This document shows, piece by piece, positions 9,762 through 19,880 of a DNA stretch of 64,000 nucleotides (position 1 is the first letter of the stretch; each line of letters begins with the position of its first letter). The stretch is from Oceanispirochaeta sp. (lineage in GTDB: Bacteria > Spirochaetota > Spirochaetia > DSM-2461), in NCBI GenBank assembly GCA_963666275.2, contig CAXXOA010000001.1, forward strand, positions 1,120,001-1,184,000, written 5' to 3'. The notes beneath the pieces are model-generated. The model was not told where the DNA came from and ran no database searches. It was given only the letters and a program-made list of their open reading frames with translations. The position numbers were made by a program, and so were the translations under genes.

Positions 9762-11885
9762 GTGAATTCCTATATTTTCAAAATGTTTACCTCTATTAAC
9801 AAATGGGAGATATTTCTACAGCCTTCCTGGTATCGGCAATTCCAGCGGGTAGGATTCTTCATAGCCCTGTTCTGGATCGGTTTTCTCTGGATGGGTATGT
9901 ATTTCGTGGGACTCTACTTCCTGCGCAAACAGAGAGACAGCAGTTTTTTTCTGCATGGCATGACCTGTCTCTTTGCAGGAATGAAACTGGGAGTTTTTCA
10001 CTACTTTTCTTCCGTTGCGGGTATTTCCTTCCCTGATTTCCTTCCGGAGGGGTATTTGAAAATTTATCTGACTGTTTCAGTTGTTTCCTCCTATTTTCTC
10101 CTGTTGACAATTTTAAGCTATGCCTATACTCAGAAGCATAATATCCTATCAGGTTTTTTTTCCTTTATTTTCCTTTTGACTGGTATGCTGATTGTCAGAA
10201 TTCAGAAAACAAACCTGATTTTTCTCATATTCAGAAGTTTTGAGGTTCTTGTTTTTTTTCTATCCCTCTCAATTTTTCTTCTCCTTTTTTCTAGCAGAAA
10301 TCAGATTAGAGAAAAGTGGCTACTGATACTACTGTCAATGAGCGTTTTACTCTCTTTTTTCCCCTCTTGGAGCCGACCTGTTTTCGAGTTATGGAGTTCG
10401 GGATGCCAGACACTTTCCATCCTCATCCTCATCTATCTCAAATCCCTGCAGATTTCCTCCTATTTCAGTGAAGTGGAGGATCTGACCTATGATTTGAAAG
10501 TCATAAATGCCTCTCTGAAAAAAAGTGAAATGACTGTAAAGAAAGTGAATGAACAGCTGCAGTATCAGGCAAATCACGATTTTCTTACCAATCTTCCCAA
10601 TAGAATGTCTCTTTATAATATGGCTGAAAAAACACTTCAGGATGCTTTTGACAGAAACCATAAGGTCGGATTTCTCCTCCTGGATCTAGACCGGTTCAAA
10701 CAGCTTAACGATACTATGGGACATCAGATGGGCGACAGGCTCCTCAGTCTTTTTTCGGAAAGGATCCGATCTATTTTAAGGAGTTCAGACTACCTTTACC
10801 GTCTGGGTGGGGATGAGTTCACCATTATTGCCGGAGAAATTCATGATAAAGACGATCTGGTCCGGATTATTGATAAAATCTACAGGGAACTGGAGTGTCC
10901 GGTATCTCTCGGAGATGTGGAATACAGGGTAAGCAGCAGCATCGGTGCCGCCCTCTTTCCCGATCATGGAAAAGATATAGATACTTTAATGGGAAAGGCG
11001 GATATCGCCCTTTACGGGGCAAAGGAATCGGGCCGCAACAGATCTGTATTTTTTCATCCCTCCATGCAGGATGAATCGGACAGTTACTTTCATATGCACA
11101 AGAAAATGACAAGTGCTCTGGAGAATAACAGATTTACCCTCTATTTCCAGCCTCAGTTCATCACAGGGAATCCTCTCTGTTTATACGGATATGAAACACT
11201 GGTCAGATTGAAAGACAGCAGAGGCACGATCATTCCTCCTTCCCGATTCATACCCATTGCAGAGGACTCGGGGTTTATACTTCCCCTGGGAAACTGGATT
11301 TTAGACAGAGCCTGTGAGATCTCGAAAAAGCTTCTCAAAGAAAATCCTTCCCTGGCTATAAGCGTCAATATTTCACCCATTCAGTTCCGTTCGGAAACCT
11401 TCCTGAAAGAACTCCTTCTGATTCTCCAGCGTCATGACTTTCCGCCCCGGAATCTGATTATTGAATTGACTGAGAGTCTGGTTATGGATAAGGATTGCTC
11501 CACTCTGAATAAAATACGTGAGATCCGGGATCTTGGGATAAAAATTTCCATTGACGATTTCGGAACGGGTTTCTCTTCTTTAAACTATTTAAAGGAATTT
11601 CCTCTGGATCATCTGAAAATTGATAGATCCTTTATCAGCGGTTTGCCCGAATCGAAGCCGGATAAGGCAATTGTAAAATCCATAATCGAAATGTCCGATT
11701 CACTGGGAATGACTGTGGTGGCTGAAGGTATAGAAAACTCCGAACAGCTGGCTTTTCTGCAGAGCCATGGATGCCATCTGGTTCAAGGGTTTCTCACAGG
11801 AAGACCTGTTCCGGGAGAAGAAATAGTCCCGGGATGGTGCAGCGAAGAGAGTGACTTTTCAGCTAAGGAGGCTGAAGTTCTATGA
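9762..11885 (+). CDS. membrane-anchored GGDEF-EAL c-di-GMP protein
   Basis: Multi-TM N-terminus, HDFLTNLPNR, RSSD I-site plus GGDEF, ETLVR (EAL variant), DDFGTGFSS and VAEGIE. Start uncertain. Confidence 0.9.
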   Translation: MNSYIFKMFTSINKWEIFLQPSWYRQFQRVGFFIALFWIGFLWMGMYFVGLYFLRKQRDSSFFLHGMTCLFAGMKLGVFHYFSSVAGISFPDFLPEGYLKIYLTVSVVSSYFLLLTILSYAYTQKHNILSGFFSFIFLLTGMLIVRIQKTNLIFLIFRSFEVLVFFLSLSIFLLLFSSRNQIREKWLLILLSMSVLLSFFPSWSRPVFELWSSGCQTLSILILIYLKSLQISSYFSEVEDLTYDLKVINASLKKSEMTVKKVNEQLQYQANHDFLTNLPNRMSLYNMAEKTLQDAFDRNHKVGFLLLDLDRFKQLNDTMGHQMGDRLLSLFSERIRSILRSSDYLYRLGGDEFTIIAGEIHDKDDLVRIIDKIYRELECPVSLGDVEYRVSSSIGAALFPDHGKDIDTLMGKADIALYGAKESGRNRSVFFHPSMQDESDSYFHMHKKMTSALENNRFTLYFQPQFITGNPLCLYGYETLVRLKDSRGTIIPPSRFIPIAEDSGFILPLGNWILDRACEISKKLLKENPSLAISVNISPIQFRSETFLKELLLILQRHDFPPRNLIIELTESLVMDKDCSTLNKIREIRDLGIKISIDDFGTGFSSLNYLKEFPLDHLKIDRSFISGLPESKPDKAIVKSIIEMSDSLGMTVVAEGIENSEQLAFLQSHGCHLVQGFLTGRPVPGEEIVPGWCSEESDFSAKEAEVL

Positions 11886-13972
11886 AAGAATATAAACTGG
11901 CCCTCGTGGGAAACCCGAACTCGGGAAAAACAACTCTGTTCAACTCTCTTTCGGGTGCCCGGCAGAAAGTCGGTAACTGGCCGGGTGTTACAGTTGAGGC
12001 TGCAAAAGGGAGCATTCAGGGGAAAGAGGAAAAAGTGGAGATCATCGATCTTCCCGGTACCTATGACCTTCAGCCTGATTCGGATGATCAGAAAGTGGCA
12101 GAAGCCTTTGTGAAGCATGGGAATTTTGATTGCATTGTAAATGTGGTGGATGCCTCCAGTCTCTCCAGAAATCTCTATCTGACTTTGAAGCTGCTGAACG
12201 AAACAACCCATTTGCTTGTACTTTTGAACATGATGGATGTTGCTGAGAAAGAGGGGCTGCTGATTGATTACTATAAACTTTCAGAACAACTGGGAGTTCC
12301 AGTCATCCCTGTGGTTTCCATTGATCCCGTGTCGGTGGGTAAAGCCCGCATACGTATTCTGGAACATCTGCGGAATCCCCCTGTTTCAGAGCGGAGAGCT
12401 GAAAAGCAGAAGGACCCGGAGGAACTGTACAAACTGATTGACCGTATCTGCGATCAGTGTATCAATACTCTCGATTCAGTGGACAGCATGACAGAAAAGA
12501 TTGACAGGATTGTCCTGAACCGGTATGGGGCCATTCCTATTTTTGTATTTGTTATGTACACGGTTTTCTGGTTCGCAATCGGTGTAGGATCCGTTTTTAT
12601 AGATTTTTTTGAGCAGATTTCCGGACTTTTTGTTGCGATAGCCGAATGGGGTCTCCAAGCTGCCCATGTTCCAGGTTGGTTCATTCATAGAATCTTCGGA
12701 GGTTTGGGAACAGGTATACAGACTGTTGCAACTTTTATACCCATCGTATTCTGTCTCTTCCTGGCTATCGGATTTCTGGAGGACCTGGGCTATCTGGCCA
12801 GAATCGGGGTGATCAGTGACATATTTCTGAAAAAAATCGGTCTGCCCGGGAATGCTTTTCTCCCTCTGATTATTGGTCTGGGATGCACAGTGCCGGCAAT
12901 AATGGCATGCCGGACCCTCAAATCGAGAAAAGACAGGTATATGACCATTTTTCTCTCGCCCTTTATGTCATGCGGAGCCAGAATTCCTGTGTATGCTCTT
13001 TTTGCCAATGCCCTGTACCCTGATTTTCCGGGACTGATCGTTTTTTCTCTCTATGGAGCAGGAATTTTTATGGCTATCCTTTCCGGTCTATTTTTAAAGA
13101 GAACCATTTTCAAAGGGGAGTCAACTGGATTCATTCTGGAGCTTCCTCTTTATCATCTTCCCCGGCCGGCACCCATTTTCCGGAATGCATCCAACCGGAC
13201 AGGTTGGTTTATAAAAAGGGCCGGGAAAGTTCTGGTTGCGGCAATTTTTATCCTGACACTTCTCGATGCAGTTTCTCTGAATAATCAGGATAACTTAGGG
13301 ATCTCTCAATCTGGGGATGAAAGCCTGCTGACCTGGCTGGGTAAATCTATCCATCCCGTTTTCAGCCCCATGGGCATTACAGAGGAGAACTGGCCCGCCA
13401 CAGTTGCACTGTTTTCCGGCCTTTTTGCCAAAGAAGCCATAGTGGGAACAGTCAACGCCCTATACAGTCAGAAAAGTCATGAAGAGAAGGAATCTTCTTC
13501 CCGGGAATCCGGCCGGATTCAGTTTGTTAAGACAGAATTGGAAGATGCTTTTCTTTCACTTGGAAACAGCTTCCTGGGATTGTTTCAGGGGGGGGATATA
13601 TTGGGAATCCGGATGATTCAGCAGGAAAGAGCGGCTCTACAGGATGAGCTGGAAACTGATCCGGAGGTTTTTGCGGAAATCAGTTCGCATTTTACCCCGT
13701 TTTCGGGTTATGCTTATCTTCTTTTTGTTCTGCTGTATTTTCCCTGCCTGGCTGCTGTGGGAGCGGCAAAGCAGGAAATGGGAAGCCTCTATGCCTTTTT
13801 CATGGTTCTCTATTCCACAGTGCTGGCCTGGTCTGTAGCCACGTTTTTCTATCAGATTACTGAGGGGGGGCATATCGGATTGATGCTTCTTCCTGCGGGA
13901 ATCATGATACTTCTCTTTCTGGCAATGGCCAATGTGGGGGCCCGACCGGAGAATAGAAGAAAACTTACATGA
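11882..13972 (+). CDS. feoB: ferrous iron transporter FeoB
   Basis: G1 GNPNSGKT, G2 NWPGVTV, G3 DLPG, G4 NMMD; gate motifs GLGCTVPA, FMSCGARIP, ELPLY and LLYFPC. Confidence 0.96.
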   Translation: MKEYKLALVGNPNSGKTTLFNSLSGARQKVGNWPGVTVEAAKGSIQGKEEKVEIIDLPGTYDLQPDSDDQKVAEAFVKHGNFDCIVNVVDASSLSRNLYLTLKLLNETTHLLVLLNMMDVAEKEGLLIDYYKLSEQLGVPVIPVVSIDPVSVGKARIRILEHLRNPPVSERRAEKQKDPEELYKLIDRICDQCINTLDSVDSMTEKIDRIVLNRYGAIPIFVFVMYTVFWFAIGVGSVFIDFFEQISGLFVAIAEWGLQAAHVPGWFIHRIFGGLGTGIQTVATFIPIVFCLFLAIGFLEDLGYLARIGVISDIFLKKIGLPGNAFLPLIIGLGCTVPAIMACRTLKSRKDRYMTIFLSPFMSCGARIPVYALFANALYPDFPGLIVFSLYGAGIFMAILSGLFLKRTIFKGESTGFILELPLYHLPRPAPIFRNASNRTGWFIKRAGKVLVAAIFILTLLDAVSLNNQDNLGISQSGDESLLTWLGKSIHPVFSPMGITEENWPATVALFSGLFAKEAIVGTVNALYSQKSHEEKESSSRESGRIQFVKTELEDAFLSLGNSFLGLFQGGDILGIRMIQQERAALQDELETDPEVFAEISSHFTPFSGYAYLLFVLLYFPCLAAVGAAKQEMGSLYAFFMVLYSTVLAWSVATFFYQITEGGHIGLMLLPAGIMILLFLAMANVGARPENRRKLT

Positions 13973-14049
13973 TGGAAAGGTCTCTGAAGGGCGGGAGCTG
14001 CCGGTTCTTTCTCTCTGTTTCTGCTTGCAGCATACTGTTTTAATCAGAG

Positions 14050-14078
14050 AAAAAAAAGGCCTCGGAAAGAGGCCCTTT
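14050..14078 (-). terminator. intrinsic terminator between convergent feoB and hflC
   Basis: The minus strand reads GGCCTC-tttcc-GAGGCC followed by T8. Confidence 0.75.
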
Positions 14079-14096
14079 CAGAAAAGATATTTGGTT

Positions 14097-15086
14097 TTAC
14101 CTTCCCGGATCATAGAGATAGTTGAAGTACTCCATGTCTGTAGTCAGGGTTTTGTTCAGAGCGGGAAGGATCTTTTTATAGGATTCCATGGACTTCCAGA
14201 AATTATAGAAATCCTCATCCTGTCCGAATACTTCCGCAAATATACGGGTGGCTTCCGCATCGGCCCGTCCCTTGATCTCTTCCGATTCCGCATAGGCGCT
14301 GGAGAGGATAGATTTTTTCTCTCTTTCCAGTTTACCCATCCATTCGGCTTTCTGACCTTCTCCGTAGGAACGGTAGGCCTGGGCGATCTGCTTTCTTTCT
14401 GCAATCATTCTGGCATAGACCGACTGGGTCAGGTCGTCTGAGTATCGGATCTGTCTGATCACAACATCGATCAGTTCAATCCCGTACTGGGGAACTGTAA
14501 TTTCCGCTCTGGCCAGTATCTGATCGGACACTTCCTCTCTTCCCATCTCTATACTGGGAAAGGTGGAACCGGTGGTAAAGGAAAAGTCAGGTCCGCCTTC
14601 ACCGTCGTTTCCGGCTTCCATTTCAATCTGGGCTGCCTGTTCCTGCTGAGAGGCTTTGATAATCTGATCTGTACTTCTGACAGATTCTGCCAGAGGATTC
14701 TGGGCGATAATGGTTCTTACCGCCGAGTCGATAACATCATCAAGACGGGCATAGGCCTGGGTCATATTGGTGACGGATTCGTAGAACTTCGCCGGATCGT
14801 TGATCTGCCATCTGGCGGTAGTGTCCACCCAGATGAACTGGTTTTCCGAGGTGGGAAGTCTCTGGGGATCCCCGTCCCAGGAGAGGATCCTGCTGGAGTA
14901 GCGGCTTACATTGTCTACGAAGGGAACACGGAATTTCAGTCCCGCATCGGTTTCGGTTTTTACAATTTTACCAAACCTTGTTACAACGGCTTGTTCTCCT
15001 TCAGGAACAATATAAAAAGGTCCCATGAACGCAACAATGGCAGCCACTATGAGAACAGCTATCAGTACTTTTGCGCTTTTATTCAC
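14097..15086 (-). CDS. hflC: FtsH protease modulator HflC
   Basis: SPFH domain, AVVTRFGK..GLKFRVPF, VYARMIAERKQIAQAYRSYGEG and FYNFWKSMESY; overlaps the hflK stop. Confidence 0.95.
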   Translation of the reverse strand: MNKSAKVLIAVLIVAAIVAFMGPFYIVPEGEQAVVTRFGKIVKTETDAGLKFRVPFVDNVSRYSSRILSWDGDPQRLPTSENQFIWVDTTARWQINDPAKFYESVTNMTQAYARLDDVIDSAVRTIIAQNPLAESVRSTDQIIKASQQEQAAQIEMEAGNDGEGGPDFSFTTGSTFPSIEMGREEVSDQILARAEITVPQYGIELIDVVIRQIRYSDDLTQSVYARMIAERKQIAQAYRSYGEGQKAEWMGKLEREKKSILSSAYAESEEIKGRADAEATRIFAEVFGQDEDFYNFWKSMESYKKILPALNKTLTTDMEYFNYLYDPGR

Positions 15087-16078
15087 TGTACACCTCCTGT
15101 GGACTGAGCTCCTCCGACCGATTTGAAGGGGAGAAAATTTTCCAGATTCTTGTCTATCACGTCGATAGTGGTCTGTCGTCCGAAAACTTCCTCGACCATT
15201 TCATAGTAGAGTCTGTCTCTGGTAACGGCCGGGCTCTTTCTGTACTCTTCCAGGACCGAAGCAAAACGGGCGGTATCACCGGTTGCTCTGTTGATCCTTT
15301 CGGTGGCGTATCCTTCGGCTTCCTGAATCACCTGCTGTTTCTGGCCGGTGGCTTTGGGGATTTCCGTATTGTAGGCTTCTTTACCTTCATTGATCAGCCT
15401 GTTCATATCCTGAACCGCTTTGTTGACGTCTTCAAAGGCATCCTGAACCTCTCCCTCGGGAGGAACAATGTTCTGGAGCTTCACTGTGGTCAGCTGAATT
15501 CCCAGGCCGTAGCTGTCTACGATGTCCTGGATCATCTGGATTCCCCTATCCTCGATATTGGTCCTTTCGGATCCGATAACATTCAGGATCGCCCTGTCTC
15601 CCACCAGTTGGTTGATCACAGACTGGGATACGTCCCGGATGGTTTTTTCCTTATTGTTCACATTGAAAAGCCATGCCTGGGGATCGACAATCCTGTACTG
15701 GATAATCCAGGATACATTGACGATATTCAGATCTCCCGTGAGCATCACTGATTCATTGGAATAGTCTTTGCTTGAATAGATTGTCTGAATTCCCGCACTG
15801 TCAGTTCTGAAACCGAACTGCATGGTCTGGATGACCTTGGTGGGAACCTTGTAAACCCTTTCTATTCCCAGAGGGAGCTTGTACTGCAGTCCCGGACCTG
15901 TTGTTCTGCTGTATTTTCCCATAGTGAGAACCACAGCCTCTTCTGTCTGGTCTACAACGTATACTCCGCTCAAAACGCTGAGTGCAATGACAATAACGAT
16001 CAGAGCAGTCCAGAGAAAAGACGGTTTCATATTCAGATTGATCTTTCCCTTTTCGGGAGAGACATCTCTTTCCGGCAT
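15083..16078 (-). CDS. hflK: FtsH protease modulator HflK
   Basis: MLTGDLNIVNV, PPEGEVQDAFEDV and VTRDRLYYE; start placed at ATG 16078 behind GGAGG. Confidence 0.95.
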   Translation of the reverse strand: MPERDVSPEKGKINLNMKPSFLWTALIVIVIALSVLSGVYVVDQTEEAVVLTMGKYSRTTGPGLQYKLPLGIERVYKVPTKVIQTMQFGFRTDSAGIQTIYSSKDYSNESVMLTGDLNIVNVSWIIQYRIVDPQAWLFNVNNKEKTIRDVSQSVINQLVGDRAILNVIGSERTNIEDRGIQMIQDIVDSYGLGIQLTTVKLQNIVPPEGEVQDAFEDVNKAVQDMNRLINEGKEAYNTEIPKATGQKQQVIQEAEGYATERINRATGDTARFASVLEEYRKSPAVTRDRLYYEMVEEVFGRQTTIDVIDKNLENFLPFKSVGGAQSTGGVQ

Positions 16079-16337
16079 AATTACCTCCACTTTTTATTCA
16101 CAGTCAGTATAAAGCAACTTCCTTTCAGAAGAAACACATCTTTATAAATCCTATAGCTATAAAGTTACAAAACCCGGCAGGGCAGGTCAAGGATAATCCC
16201 TGCAGGGATTGTTCCTGCGTTTTGTTCGTTTTTTTCAAAGGAAGGTTTGCTGAAGAAATTCCTTCTTCTTAAAACCCTGCTCCCTGATCTGTGCTATCAT
16301 AGGAGGGAATAATATAATCCAACCAGAGGAGTCTAAA

Positions 16338-17519
16338 ATGAATTTTCAGTATTTTATGCCTTCCAGAATAGTTTTCGGTTCCGGTTCATTGAATCAGCTC
16401 GCCACACTGGCACTGCCGGGAAAAAAGGCTCTGATCGTAATTTCATCGGGAAAATCCATGAAAAATAACGGATATCTTGACCGTGTCCGGGAGCTGCTGA
16501 AAGAGAACAGCACCGATTCGGTTGTTTTTGATAAGATCCAGCCGAATCCCACCCTGAAGCACGTCATGGAGGGGGCGGAACTTGCCAGATCCCGGGGCTG
16601 CGATTTTGTGATCGGACTGGGCGGCGGCAGCAGTATAGACTCGGCCAAAAGCATTGCGGTTATGGCAAAAAATCCCGGTGACTACTGGGATTATATTTCC
16701 GGAGGTTCTGGAAAGGGACAGCCCGTGAAAAACGGAGCTCTTCCCATCGTGGCCATTACAACAACAGCCGGAACCGGGACCGAAGCGGATCCCTGGACTG
16801 TGGTTACCAAAGAGGAAACAGGAGAAAAGATCGGCTTCGGCAATGATGATACCTTTCCGACCCTCTCTATTGTGGATCCTGAAATTATGCTGTCCGTACC
16901 TGCCCATCTGACTGCCTATCAGGGGTTCGATGCCTTTTTTCACGCCTCCGAAGGCTATATTGCCAAATGTTCCGATCCCTTCAGTGACCTTTATGCCCTG
17001 AAGAGTATTGAGCTCATAGCGAAATGGCTTCCTCTGGCTGTTAAAGACGGTTCCAACAGGGAAGCAAGGGAGAATGTGGCTCTGGCCAATACCCTGGCGG
17101 GTTTTGTGGAATCCACCTCATCCTGTACTTCCGAACACTCCATGGAACACGCTCTGAGCGCGGCAGATGCTGCTCTGCCTCATGGGGCGGGACTGATTAT
17201 GCTCTCAGAGTCGTATCACCGCTTTTTTCAGGAGAGAACCCAGTCCGAACGGTATACTCAGATGGCTAAGGCCATGGGTGAGGACACGGACGCTCTGCCC
17301 GAAAAAGACCGCCCCGCCGCTTTCATCACGGCTCTGCTTAAAATGCAGAAAGCCTGCGGCGTGGATCAGCTGAAAATGTCCGATTATAAGATCCCCCGGG
17401 ATCAGGTCCCCGCGCTGGCTCAGAAAGCCTGGGATACCATGGGAGGTCTCTTTGAAGTGGATCCTGTAAAACTGACTCTGGAGGAGACAGTGTTTATTAT
17501 GGAGAGAGCTTACAGATAG
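16338..17519 (+). CDS. iron-containing alcohol dehydrogenase
   Basis: GLGGGSSID, TTTAGTGTE, DAFFHASE, EHSMEH and PHG metal-ligand motifs. Confidence 0.93.
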   Translation: MNFQYFMPSRIVFGSGSLNQLATLALPGKKALIVISSGKSMKNNGYLDRVRELLKENSTDSVVFDKIQPNPTLKHVMEGAELARSRGCDFVIGLGGGSSIDSAKSIAVMAKNPGDYWDYISGGSGKGQPVKNGALPIVAITTTAGTGTEADPWTVVTKEETGEKIGFGNDDTFPTLSIVDPEIMLSVPAHLTAYQGFDAFFHASEGYIAKCSDPFSDLYALKSIELIAKWLPLAVKDGSNREARENVALANTLAGFVESTSSCTSEHSMEHALSAADAALPHGAGLIMLSESYHRFFQERTQSERYTQMAKAMGEDTDALPEKDRPAAFITALLKMQKACGVDQLKMSDYKIPRDQVPALAQKAWDTMGGLFEVDPVKLTLEETVFIMERAYR

Positions 17520-17535
17520 GGTTTTTAGAATTCAC

Positions 17536-17578
17536 ACAGAAAAGGACAGGGGGAAACTCTCCTGTCCTTTTTCTGTTT
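17536..17578. terminator. probable bidirectional terminator after the alcohol dehydrogenase
   Basis: ACAGAAAAGGACAGG...CCTGTCCTTTTTCTGT inverted repeat between convergent genes. Confidence 0.8.
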
Positions 17579-17615
17579 ATACAGGGAAATCCTGACTCTT
17601 AATAATCCAGAGATA

Positions 17616-17678
17616 TCAGATGATTTTAATGATGACGATGACCAGAATAACGACAACTAATGCGGATATAAGGCTCAT
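17616..17678 (-). CDS. putative 20-aa single-TM small protein (MSLISALVVVILVIVIIKII)
   Basis: ATG 17678 with AGGAG 8 nt upstream and TGA at 17616-17618; almost entirely aliphatic; starts 19 nt after the permease stop. Confidence 0.6.
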   Translation of the reverse strand: MSLISALVVVILVIVIIKII

Positions 17679-17697
17679 TTAAATAACTCCTGTTTTT

Positions 17698-18888
17698 TTA
17701 TTTACTATACCCTTTCTTTTGTAATCTCACAAGTAAACTCTGCTTTTTCCCTGTCTGGATAAACGGGGAGTCTCTCCGGAACAGCCCTATCCCCGCGGCA
17801 GTCAGAAGGGATATATAGACAAGACTCCAGCCCAGAGCCCAGAGGATATCTCCCGGGATTATCCTTTCCACGGCGGTTTCTCTGATGGCAAGGGCCATAT
17901 TCACAAGGGGAATGTGGGGAAAGAACCAGGGACGGGCTTTCAGGTCGATGTTCTGGGCCAGGTAGACCGCCCCCATTCCCACAGAAAGAAGAGGCATGGA
18001 GAGCAGCTGGGCCTCCCTGACAGATCTTGTCAGAAACCCCGCCGTAAGCTCCAGGGCTGTGAACAGAAGGGTCAGAATCATCATAAGCAGAACCAGAAGA
18101 AGGATCTGCTCGGGCAGTAAAGAAAATGAGAGACTTTCGGAGCCCAGAATTTCCGGAGTGATCACATAGGAGAGGTAGCAGCCCAGAAAATAGGCGCCCA
18201 CGCTGAAGAATCCCGTCAGGGATCCGGCGGTCAGTTTTCCCAGGAGGATCCCTGTCCTGGAGGCGGAGGTGGACAAAAGGGGCTCCAGGCTGTTTCTCTC
18301 CTTTTCTCCCGAGCTTAGATCGGCCGCGCCGGCCAGGGGGCAGGTAATGGCGAAGATAAAAAACATAAAGGGAAGGATCATCCCCAGTAAGAGAGTTGCC
18401 GCCGCTTTCTCCCGGGCAAACAGGGGCCGCGGTTTAAATGTATGATGGTTTTTTTCTGCTTCCGCCGGGAGAGAAGCCTCTGCCCCGCCTGGAGACAGAA
18501 TCTCTGTAAAAGTCTGATAGGCCCGGAGCGAAACAGCATCGGTATTGTCATATCCTATAAGAAGAGACGGACCTTCCGCGTCTTCAGTGATCATCAGATC
18601 ATAGCTGTAGAACCATCCTTCCGTGTTCTCCCTGTCCGTTTCGGTGACTTCGAAAAAGGGGGATTCTCCGATCTGAAGGGGGAGGGCTGCCGGTGGGATC
18701 GCCGCTATCCTGTAGACACGGTCGGAAGCTCCTTCTCCCCGGGGGCTTTCGTTGAGCACCCAGAACAGAAGAGGAAAGAGGATCAGGGGCAGCCCCAGAG
18801 AGAGGAGCAGGGACCGGGGATCCCGGAAAAAATCCTTCATCTCCTTCCATGTTACCAGGACAATGACTCTTTTAAGGGATCCTGTCAT
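17698..18888 (-). CDS. ABC-2 exporter permease (NatB-like)
   Basis: WKEMKDFFRDPR, AADLSSGEKERNSLEPLLST..R..ILLGK and SVREAQ; 1+5 TM layout. Confidence 0.85.
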   Translation of the reverse strand: MTGSLKRVIVLVTWKEMKDFFRDPRSLLLSLGLPLILFPLLFWVLNESPRGEGASDRVYRIAAIPPAALPLQIGESPFFEVTETDRENTEGWFYSYDLMITEDAEGPSLLIGYDNTDAVSLRAYQTFTEILSPGGAEASLPAEAEKNHHTFKPRPLFAREKAAATLLLGMILPFMFFIFAITCPLAGAADLSSGEKERNSLEPLLSTSASRTGILLGKLTAGSLTGFFSVGAYFLGCYLSYVITPEILGSESLSFSLLPEQILLLVLLMMILTLLFTALELTAGFLTRSVREAQLLSMPLLSVGMGAVYLAQNIDLKARPWFFPHIPLVNMALAIRETAVERIIPGDILWALGWSLVYISLLTAAGIGLFRRDSPFIQTGKKQSLLVRLQKKGYSK

Positions 18889-19643
18889 AGGGGGCTCTCC
18901 TGTATTCTGAAAAAAGTATCCTCCAGGTTTCCCCCGTCTTTCCAGTCCGAAGGGGAAAGGGCGGCCGCCAGACGGCCCTGTTTCAGCACAAGAACCCTAT
19001 CGGCAATCTTTTCCACAGCGGCCATATCGTGACTTGAAAAAATCACCGTTTTGTTCCGGTTTCTGCACCAGAGGATAAAGTCATGGATGTGTCTGGCCGT
19101 GGTTACATCCAATCCCGATGCCGGTTCATCCAGGAGCAGTACATCCGGGTCATGGATGATGGTCCGGGCTATCAGTGTTTTCTGCCGCATCCCTGTGGAA
19201 AATGTCCCCGACCGTTTATCCAGGAAGTCCTGCATGTCCAGAAGGGAGGCTGTTTCGCTGATTTTCTGCCGGCTCTGGGACCGGGGCATGCCGTTCAGAT
19301 CGGCATAATAGAGGATATTTTCTCTGGCGCTCAACCTTTCATAAAGACCGCTCTGCTGCCCGAAGAGGATTCCAATAGACCGGCGGACCTCCCGGGGCTG
19401 CTCACGGGTATCGTATCCGGCAATGGCTATATTTCCGGAACTGGGAGACAGCATGGTCGCCATCATTCTGAAGGTGGTGGATTTGCCCGCTCCGTTTTCC
19501 CCGATCAGGCCCAGGACCTCTCCGGGACCGGCGGTAAAGGAGAGCCTGTCTACCGCATTGGGATCATTCGGAGAAAAGGACTTGCTGAGGTTCCGGACAT
19601 TCACTACAGGAGGGTCCCTGTGGGGGGGATGGGCATTTTTCAT
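18885..19643 (-). CDS. ABC exporter ATPase (NatA-like)
   Basis: GENGAGKST, FSTGMRQK signature, LLLDEP and FSSH; coupled to the permease. Confidence 0.9.
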   Translation of the reverse strand: MKNAHPPHRDPPVVNVRNLSKSFSPNDPNAVDRLSFTAGPGEVLGLIGENGAGKSTTFRMMATMLSPSSGNIAIAGYDTREQPREVRRSIGILFGQQSGLYERLSARENILYYADLNGMPRSQSRQKISETASLLDMQDFLDKRSGTFSTGMRQKTLIARTIIHDPDVLLLDEPASGLDVTTARHIHDFILWCRNRNKTVIFSSHDMAAVEKIADRVLVLKQGRLAAALSPSDWKDGGNLEDTFFRIQESPL

Positions 19644-19776
19644 TCTGTCATACTAGACGGGGGGGCATAAAAAAACAATATTTTATTGTCCGGGTCGAAA
19701 GATTCTTTTTCCTACAGGAACGGGGACGGGAAAAATGTCATTGCCCCAGGCCTGTTCGCTCCCTCTCCGGCTTAGC

Positions 19777-19805
19777 TTGACAATATAAGGGCCGGAAACT
19801 ATGAT
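19777..19805 (+). promoter_or_regulatory. sigma70 promoter of metG-femAB
   Basis: TTGACA-17 nt-TATGAT, close to consensus. Confidence 0.8.
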
Positions 19806-19880
19806 ATCCTGAGGTATCCACTGCGACTGTATAGAACCTTCGCTGATAGTGTAAATCATTTCCATATAAGAGGTTTGACC

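Noticed and set aside
13969..14043. 24-aa ORF (MMERSLKGGSCRFF...) overlapping the feoB stop, as a possible FeoC or Cys-rich partner
   Set aside because: Too short, only two Cys, no SD and no FeoC-like pattern.
19806..19880. T-box or SAM riboswitch upstream of metG
   Set aside because: The leader is only about 70 nt, with no T-box sequence or terminator.
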